Positions 57,877-64,000 of a DNA stretch of 64,000 bases are shown piece after piece. The notes below the pieces were generated by a model. That model was not told where the DNA came from. It did no database searches and saw only the letters and a program-made list of their open reading frames with translations. Positions within the stretch are counted from its first letter, which is position 1. Each line of letters begins with the position of its first letter. The stretch is from a bacterium (GTDB taxonomy: Bacteria > Electryoneota > B3-LCP): NCBI GenBank assembly GCA_026394195.1, contig JAPKYS010000043.1, forward strand, positions 83,131-147,130, read 5' to 3'. Position numbers and translations under genes: made by a program.

Positions 57877-59182
57877 CTTCGTCGAATAATGGTAATTGAA
57901 CAGGAACACCGCCTAATGCGCCCGATTCCCAGTACTCCCCGGGTTTCATGATTTTTTCATCAACGATTTCAATCAACTCAGGATTTTTTTCTAGAGCGGA
58001 TCGGATAATTGTTTCGCCTCTCCGATTCCTTTCAATTATATAAAGCGATTTTGGAGGCACTTCGTTTACAATATCCGTTGAGTGCGTTGCAAGCACAATC
58101 TGTCTTCCTCCTTCACTCTCCTCAACGCAAGTTCTCACAAAATGCTTTTGTATCCACGGGTGCACGCTGTTCTCTGGTTCATCGTAGGCAGCAAATTGAA
58201 CGTCCTCATGTACCAAAGGAGTGAAGAGCGCTAGCGCCTGAATTGAACCATCAGAGATGTCCTTTAGATGCCAAGGACGCTTAATTCCGCTCTCTTTAAA
58301 ATTATAGCTGAGCTGTTTGTTATCAGTATAGTATAAGTTTATAGACTCGAGAGTTGGTACGACTATTTTAAGATGATCAAACAATTCTTCGTAAGAATCA
58401 GGTATCTCTTTTTGGAGATATCTTATAATCGCAGCAAGGTTTGTTCCCTCGGCATTTAATAGTGTTCCTGCGGCAACTATGTCACGCACCGGCTGCCTTG
58501 CCTCATCGGGAATTAGATGATAAGTTCGGCAACCATCAAAATAATCAAGAAAAGAAGTGAGAAGTGGATTTTGATTCCACCCTGCTACGATTAACTCTGA
58601 ACTGCCTTTCCCCTCATGGAAAAAAGGACCATTATCAATGGCTGGTTGAAAGAAATCTAGTAATTCACTTTTTTTTAGCGAATCGGTTACTTTCTTATCT
58701 AGTTCCCATTCGAGTGGTTTGCCCTTCTCGCGCAGTAGATGAAATAAACGACCTCCTGCATTTGCAGCATACACTTCTATCTCGAAATTCTCAAATGGAA
58801 CTTCATAGGGTGAATCAATTGTTGTCTCCGAAGATTGAAAAGCAAAGGAATACTTCCAATTAATTTTACCGATTATTAGAGATTTTTGATTTTCGTCACC
58901 AGGGTAAACCTTTCGAATATTATCCCATTCTAGCTCAAAATCGAACCTAATTGCTTTTTTTGATCTACGAATTCTTCTATAACAGATATTTTCATAACCA
59001 CCAAATTTATCGACTGAGTTTGATAAACCTTCTCTCATGACGCTAAAAAGAAACTCCAACGCCTTCACAAAATTCGATTTCCCTGACGAGTTCGCTCCTA
59101 CCAATACCATAAACGGCGGCATGGGGTCAATGACGACGTCCCGCAGCGATTTGAAATTCTGGATGTGTAATCGGGTGATCAT
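57863..59182 (-). CDS. AAA_21/ABC-type ATPase of the OLD / PARIS-AriA / Septu-PtuA kind
   Basis: Walker A LVGANSSGKSN, ABC signature ISDGSIQALAL, Walker B FAAYDEPENSVHP and H-loop LATHS. Low GC. Confidence 0.8.
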   Translation of the reverse strand: MITRLHIQNFKSLRDVVIDPMPPFMVLVGANSSGKSNFVKALEFLFSVMREGLSNSVDKFGGYENICYRRIRRSKKAIRFDFELEWDNIRKVYPGDENQKSLIIGKINWKYSFAFQSSETTIDSPYEVPFENFEIEVYAANAGGRLFHLLREKGKPLEWELDKKVTDSLKKSELLDFFQPAIDNGPFFHEGKGSSELIVAGWNQNPLLTSFLDYFDGCRTYHLIPDEARQPVRDIVAAGTLLNAEGTNLAAIIRYLQKEIPDSYEELFDHLKIVVPTLESINLYYTDNKQLSYNFKESGIKRPWHLKDISDGSIQALALFTPLVHEDVQFAAYDEPENSVHPWIQKHFVRTCVEESEGGRQIVLATHSTDIVNEVPPKSLYIIERNRRGETIIRSALEKNPELIEIVDEKIMKPGEYWESGALGGVPVQLPLFDEDEEE

Positions 59183-59348
59183 TTCTTCACCTCATGTGCT
59201 TGTTTTTTCACTTCCACACCTCATCTCCAACCAGCCATTCACCGATTTCTTTCGCCACCAGGCGGCTGCCACCGGCTCCGAGTACGCTGCCGCTTTGTGC
59301 TTATTCCGGTTTCCCAGATTTGATTTATTAGAGGGAGACGTTAAGAAG

Positions 59349-59963
59349 CTATAAATATTTGCGCCAAATTCCGCGACCTGATTTTCCGCGCCGCACGGCG
59401 CATTCAAATCCAGCATGTTCGAAAACGGATTCAAGACCAGTCCAGACGAAGACATCCGGCAGTTTTCCGGATTTCAAATGTGCCGGATAGCCTTCGATGA
59501 CCGTCGCGCCATGCTCTTTGGCGAATTTTGTCGCCGCTTTCAACAATTCAAGAGTCAAGCCGCACTTTCGTTCTTTCCTGGCGATGAAAAAGCAGACCAC
59601 CGACCAGGTTGGCAGATCGTCGATGGGAGCCAATACCTTAGAGCGAGACAGCAGATAATAGGCGCTCCTCGGACCGACGGCGACCCAACCCACCGGCTCA
59701 CCGGAACGAATTGCGATCAGTCCAGGAATTTCACCGCTTTCCACGAGGCGCTGCATGGCTGAGTGATTCCCTTCGCCCTTGGTTTTAGCAAAATCCGCAG
59801 AGGATAAGCGCCAGTGCATACACCAGCAGCCTCCGCAAGCGCCGTTGGCTCCGAAGAGTTTTTCCAGATCCTTCCAGCGGTCCGGTGTGACCGGAACTAT
59901 TTCCAGATTATCCAACGTTCTCTCTCCCGATTTTCCAGACCGTCTCGGTGCAGCAGGCGTCAA
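59349..59963 (-). CDS. GNAT-like acetyltransferase family protein
   Basis: Conserved GGCWCMHWR-containing N-acyltransferase-like fold. Moderate confidence. Confidence 0.5.
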   Translation of the reverse strand: MTPAAPRRSGKSGERTLDNLEIVPVTPDRWKDLEKLFGANGACGGCWCMHWRLSSADFAKTKGEGNHSAMQRLVESGEIPGLIAIRSGEPVGWVAVGPRSAYYLLSRSKVLAPIDDLPTWSVVCFFIARKERKCGLTLELLKAATKFAKEHGATVIEGYPAHLKSGKLPDVFVWTGLESVFEHAGFECAVRRGKSGRGIWRKYL

Positions 59964-59989
59964 AGTCGAGTCGGGGCAATTTCATATCA

Positions 59990-60472
59990 TCACCTGAAAC
60001 TCGATATTCGTTCGGTAATCGCCGCGGCCAGAGCATCCGGTTCGTCAGTGCCGATGCGGATGATGCGGTCCTGGTCTTTCAGCGCCAATTGCACGGCATC
60101 CGGTCCCGAAATATTGTAGAGCCAACCTCGGGGAATCTTATGGACGCCATACCCCCAAAACCAGGAATTGCGCACGGTTTTGCATCCAATAATCTCAGAA
60201 AGTTTGAACTTCTTGGATACGACTCCGATACCGAAAGATACGACAATCCATTCCGGGTCGATGCGGACGGTCAAGCTGTGAAAGATGAGGATGGTAAAAA
60301 GGAGGATAATTGTCGCTCCTCCGATTATCCAGAGAATGATTTGTGTCTCCTCGGCAGACTGCCCCACTTTCAGGCTGCCATTCAGCGCCAACCAGACAAT
60401 GGACAGCATCGCCACTGCCGATGCTCCCATGATAATTCGCACCAGAGTCCCCGGCTGGGTGTGCTGATACAA
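59990..60472 (-). CDS. Hypothetical membrane protein (two N-terminal TM segments plus a PH-like soluble domain)
   Basis: ORF with a hydrophobic N-terminus. No family assigned. Confidence 0.4.
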   Translation of the reverse strand: MYQHTQPGTLVRIIMGASAVAMLSIVWLALNGSLKVGQSAEETQIILWIIGGATIILLFTILIFHSLTVRIDPEWIVVSFGIGVVSKKFKLSEIIGCKTVRNSWFWGYGVHKIPRGWLYNISGPDAVQLALKDQDRIIRIGTDEPDALAAAITERISSFR

Positions 60473-60482
60473 GGTGATTCTC

Positions 60483-62189
60483 CTATTTCAGCACTTTAAT
60501 TGAAATTGCGTTGCGCGGGCATTCGGTGACGCAGATGCCGCAGCCTTTGCAGTATTCGTAGTTGATGGCGTATTTTCCTCCGGGCAGCCGTGCGATGGCT
60601 GCGTCCGGACAGAAGATCAGGCAGTTGTCGCATTCCGGACAAGTACCGCAGGAAAAACAGCGCTGCGCCTCTTCCAATGCCTGTTGCTCGGTCAACCCGG
60701 AATAGATTTCCTCGAAGTTTTTGACCCTCTCCGGAAGGGGCATACCTCGCGGTTCCAGGCGTTCCACCAGAGTAAAATAATTGGTGTTGATCTCTTCCCA
60801 GGCGACGACGTGACTGTTGCGCCCTTCAAGTGAACGGGAAATCGTCTCGCATTCCGGCGGCGGCTGATTTTTCAAGAAGGAGTCGATGGCGATGGCAGCC
60901 TGCCGACCATGCCCTACGGCATGAGTCACCGTCCCTTCACCGGTAGCGGTATCGCCGCCGGAGAAGACGTTGGGCAGGTTGGTACGACCGTACCCATCCA
61001 CCAGGATGCCCCAGCTTTCAGATTTAACGTCGGAAGGCAGGTAGCGCAGATCCGGCTGTTCGCCGATGGCGGTGATGACCATGTCCGCGTCGATGACGAA
61101 GTTGGAACCAGCGATGGGGATTGGCTTGCGGCGTCCCGAAGCATCCGGTTCACCCAATTCCATGCGAATAAACTCAACCTTGAGAGCAGACCCATTATTG
61201 CTGAGGTGTACCTTAACCGGCAAAGTCAGGAAATCGATCGGGATGCCCTCAGCGATCAGATCGTCGATCTCTTCTGCAATGGCGGGCATCTCTTCCCGGG
61301 AACGCCGGTAAACCACGCGCGGTTTGGATCCCAGGCGCATAACCGACCTCGCCACGTCCATAGCGGTGTTACCGCCTCCCACGACGATAATTCGGTCTCC
61401 TAATTCGACGTCTTCCTTCAAGGCGATCTTGCGCAGGACTTCGATGCCGGGGATGACCTCTTCGAGGTCCTGGCCTTCAGCGCCCAATTGCCGGGACAGG
61501 TGGTACCCGGTTCCGATGAAGATGGCTTCGTGCCGTTTCTGCAATTCCTCGAAGCTGACGTTCTGCCCCACCTTGCAGTTGAGCTTCAGGTCGACTCCGA
61601 AGGAAAGAATGTAGCCGATTTCACGGTCGAGAACGTCTTTAGGCAGACGATAATCCGGGATGCCGATGCGCATCATGCCGCCGGATGACGGGAGGGCTTC
61701 ATAGACGGTCACCTTATAGCCCCGACGCGCCAACTGATAGGCGCAGGAAAGACCCGCCGGACCAGAACCAATAACCCCGACGCTCTGGCTCTTTTTCGCT
61801 TCCAAAAACTCCGGCGGAGGAATCTTGTCGAAGTTGACGTCGGCGAGAAACCTTTCGACCATATGGACGTTCAACCGTCCCCCCAGGTTGCCGCGGTTGC
61901 AATCCCGTTCGCAGGGGTGCGGGCAGACTCTGCCGCAAGTTGCGGGGAAGGGGTTGGTATTTAAAATCCACTTCCAGCCCTCTTCGTATTTGCCTTCCGC
62001 CACCAGGTGGATGAACTTGACGCAATCGGTACCCGCCGGGCAATTCAGGTTGCAGGGAGGAGCCTTTTCTTCGTAGTAGGGTTCAGCGTTGCGCCAGGAA
62101 GCGGTTTTATTGATGGTCATCCTACCCATCGACGCCGGCATGTACGGCATGTCGCGGTAGGTTTTTATGGTTATTTTTCCGTCGCTCAT
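60483..62189 (-). CDS. GltD-like NAD(P)H-dependent FAD/FeS oxidoreductase fused to a C-terminal 2x[4Fe-4S] ferredoxin (PorD-like) domain
   Basis: N-terminal Cys cluster, two Rossmann GxGxxG regions (GSGPAGLSCAY and VVGGGNTAMD) and C-terminal CxxCxxCxxxCP x2. Confidence 0.8.
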   Translation of the reverse strand: MSDGKITIKTYRDMPYMPASMGRMTINKTASWRNAEPYYEEKAPPCNLNCPAGTDCVKFIHLVAEGKYEEGWKWILNTNPFPATCGRVCPHPCERDCNRGNLGGRLNVHMVERFLADVNFDKIPPPEFLEAKKSQSVGVIGSGPAGLSCAYQLARRGYKVTVYEALPSSGGMMRIGIPDYRLPKDVLDREIGYILSFGVDLKLNCKVGQNVSFEELQKRHEAIFIGTGYHLSRQLGAEGQDLEEVIPGIEVLRKIALKEDVELGDRIIVVGGGNTAMDVARSVMRLGSKPRVVYRRSREEMPAIAEEIDDLIAEGIPIDFLTLPVKVHLSNNGSALKVEFIRMELGEPDASGRRKPIPIAGSNFVIDADMVITAIGEQPDLRYLPSDVKSESWGILVDGYGRTNLPNVFSGGDTATGEGTVTHAVGHGRQAAIAIDSFLKNQPPPECETISRSLEGRNSHVVAWEEINTNYFTLVERLEPRGMPLPERVKNFEEIYSGLTEQQALEEAQRCFSCGTCPECDNCLIFCPDAAIARLPGGKYAINYEYCKGCGICVTECPRNAISIKVLK

Positions 62190-62238
62190 GTTTTTTTAGT
62201 TTGGGTTACATTCAGAGTTATTCCGACTCGTACTCTTC

Positions 62239-62799
62239 TCAGGCCAGAACCAATTCTCTCATGGAATTATACGCGTCCACCGCCGCGGCAGCGTTGGCTT
62301 CTGTCTTGAAGGGGACTTCTTCCTTGACCGCGGCAACCACGGATTCGATCTTCACCAGGCCGGTCACCCTGGCAAGAGCTCCTAAAACTGCTGTATTCAC
62401 GATTGGCTGTGTGATCGAACCTAATTTGTGCTGAATGGCGATGTGAGCCGCGTTGACGCAGACGATGCGATACCGGTCGGGTAGATTGAGTTCGGATGGA
62501 TCTTTGTCCGTATTGACCAGGATGGTGCCGCCATCTTTTAATCCCAGAGTCACGTCGTAAAATTGGATCAGTGACGGGTCGAGAATGACCAGGTGATCCG
62601 GGCTGTAGACCTGTGTCCTAAGCCGAATCGGTCGATCCGAAATACGCACGAAGGTCATTACTGGGGCTCCACGGCGCTCCACCCCGAAGGTGGGGAAGGT
62701 CTGAACGAATTTACCTTCTTTGAAGATCGCTACAGCCAGCAACTTTCCGGCGATTACGCCGCCCTGTCCGCCGCGGCTATGAAATCGTAGTTCTATCAT
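62239..62799 (-). CDS. porG: Pyruvate:ferredoxin oxidoreductase gamma subunit
   Basis: MIELRFHSRGGQGGVIAGKLLA... is typical of PorG. Confidence 0.85.
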   Translation of the reverse strand: MIELRFHSRGGQGGVIAGKLLAVAIFKEGKFVQTFPTFGVERRGAPVMTFVRISDRPIRLRTQVYSPDHLVILDPSLIQFYDVTLGLKDGGTILVNTDKDPSELNLPDRYRIVCVNAAHIAIQHKLGSITQPIVNTAVLGALARVTGLVKIESVVAAVKEEVPFKTEANAAAAVDAYNSMRELVLA

Positions 62800-62845
62800 G
62801 ATGATTTTGTCGTTATGTGATCGATTGCAGAATTATCGTATACTA

Positions 62846-63469
62846 CTATATGGGTACCTCATCCAGAAGGCGATACACCATCGGTGGTTCCAGACGAGTG
62901 CCGCCCCGGTGATGTTCCACTTCATCCCTCCGGCAAATAGCGTATTGCAGATTGCAAACTGGAGTGGTTTCCAGGTGGATATTCCAGAAAAAAGGGGCGA
63001 TGTGACAGAGATCTTTGGCGGTTTTCGGAACCCTTTCAAAGGCAAAACAGGCCGAACAATGGCGCAAGGGAAGACGGTTGGCTCGAAAACTGGCACGCAA
63101 GTCTTCGAACCCCTTTCCCATCCAGATCTCTTCGAGTGAAGCATCGCGAACACTGCCCAAGTTTATCAAGCCGTGGTCAGCGCATACGCAGGTGACTTCA
63201 CCGTTGGAGAACACCAGGGCGTTCTGTCCCTCGAAGATATTCCGGCAGTGAAACTGGATTCCGGGTCGCAGCGGCTTGTAAACGTAATGGTAAAAAGCTC
63301 TGAGGATTTCCTTGGCGAGGTGCCGCAGTGCGATGTTGAATCTATAATTAATGTCCGACTTGGCGGATTTTGTCATCTGCTTCCAGCGGAAGTGGCTTTC
63401 CTTAAGGTAAAAAAAAAATGCCGTAAATCCAAGTAAAAACTGAAAAAAGTAACCTTTTCCACTTCGCAT
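62846..63469 (-). CDS. Cys-rich hypothetical protein (SPASM/twitch-like Cys spacing) upstream of porG
   Basis: ORF only, with Cys motifs CVCADHG, HCSACFAF and CNLQYAIC. Coding status is unverified. Confidence 0.3.
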   Translation of the reverse strand: MRSGKGYFFQFLLGFTAFFFYLKESHFRWKQMTKSAKSDINYRFNIALRHLAKEILRAFYHYVYKPLRPGIQFHCRNIFEGQNALVFSNGEVTCVCADHGLINLGSVRDASLEEIWMGKGFEDLRASFRANRLPLRHCSACFAFERVPKTAKDLCHIAPFFWNIHLETTPVCNLQYAICRRDEVEHHRGGTRLEPPMVYRLLDEVPI

Positions 63470-63567
63470 CCAAAGGAAAATCGAGTGACCATGATGACCA
63501 GATTGAAAATTGCTTGCATTTGCCCGGTGAAATTCTTACTATATTCGCAGAAGGTACAAGGTAAAAC

Positions 63568-64000
63568 ATGAAAAATTACGATCTGCTGGTCATCGGTTCC
63601 GGACCAGCCGGCGAACGAGCTGCGGTCCAGGCTGCCAAGTTGAAGAAACGGGTTGCCATCATCGAAAAAGGCAGGCTGGTTGGGGGCGTATCACTCCACA
63701 CCGGCACGCTTCCTTCGAAAACTCTGCGAGAAACGGTCTTGCACTATTCACAGCTCCGCAGACGTTCGGTTTACGGCATTCAGTGCTATTTACGGCAGGA
63801 CATTTCCGTGCAGGAATTGATGTTCCGCAAGGATCAAGTCATCCAGAGCGAACTGGACGTCATCGAAGGTCACCTCTTTCGCAACAACATCGAGATCGTC
63901 TACGGTACGGCTTCTTTCATCGATTCCAATACTCTCGAAGTCAAGCTGCCGGATGGAAACGAAGCCGTCTACAAGGGAGAAGTGATTCTGATCGCCACCG
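63568..64000 (+). CDS. FAD-dependent pyridine-nucleotide disulfide oxidoreductase (soluble transhydrogenase/dihydrolipoamide-dehydrogenase-like); the 3' end is truncated by the window edge
   Basis: MKNYDLLVIGSGPAGERAAVQAAKLKKRVAIIEK...GGVSLHTGTLPSK. The reading frame is still open at the window end. Confidence 0.75.
   Translation, partial: MKNYDLLVIGSGPAGERAAVQAAKLKKRVAIIEKGRLVGGVSLHTGTLPSKTLRETVLHYSQLRRRSVYGIQCYLRQDISVQELMFRKDQVIQSELDVIEGHLFRNNIEIVYGTASFIDSNTLEVKLPDGNEAVYKGEVILIAT

Overview
This 64 kb window is a bacterial chromosomal segment of moderately high GC that starts inside the replication-origin region. Reading left to right: the 3' end of dnaA; a dnaA-dnaN intergenic spacer with three DnaA boxes and an AT-rich stretch (a candidate oriC); dnaN; a DUF721/DciA-like gene (no recF); then tpx, several accessory genes and gyrB. 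After that come pta, an aminotransferase and pckA; the minus-strand genes mutS2 and cvpA; a polyamine operon (speH-pdaD-speE-speB) under an XRE-cupin regulator; and a pyruvate:ferredoxin oxidoreductase locus (porG, a gltD-like/ferredoxin fusion, porA, porB) interrupted by foreign genes. Five large secreted proteins end in a Bacteroidota-type T9SS C-terminal sorting domain (...KMVLLK), and three of them are built from SBBP beta-propeller repeats. This places the organism in or near the FCB group. These cargo genes share near-consensus TTGACT-N17-TATATT promoters.

Accessory and defence content, all in lower-GC DNA:
- A low-GC islet at 4893-6344 encodes a protein with a HEPN-like R-x6-H motif plus a VapBC-like toxin-antitoxin pair.
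- A DUF3800 gene sits at 8558-9328.
- A BcgI-like type IIB restriction-modification pair at 37077-40270 combines a PD-(D/E)xK nuclease fused to an N6-adenine methylase with a two-TRD specificity subunit. It is translationally coupled to a small low-GC protein with a HEPN-like R-x4-H motif.
- A split OLD-like pair at 57262-59182 (an AAA_21/ABC ATPase plus a small TOPRIM/DUF4276-like partner) is inserted in the por operon. I rate this the strongest candidate for an undescribed defence system in the window.
- A tyrosine recombinase lies next to tRNA-Arg and tRNA-Pro, just downstream of an array of T9SS cargo genes. Each gene in the array ends in the same ~45 nt AACTT-repeat element, and the array includes a deleted gene remnant.

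A recurring pattern across the window is a short tandem heptamer array placed immediately after stop codons; separately, several small dispersed palindromic repeat families occur in intergenic regions. No CRISPR array or rRNA was seen. All functional calls rest on motif recognition by eye and are not search-verified.
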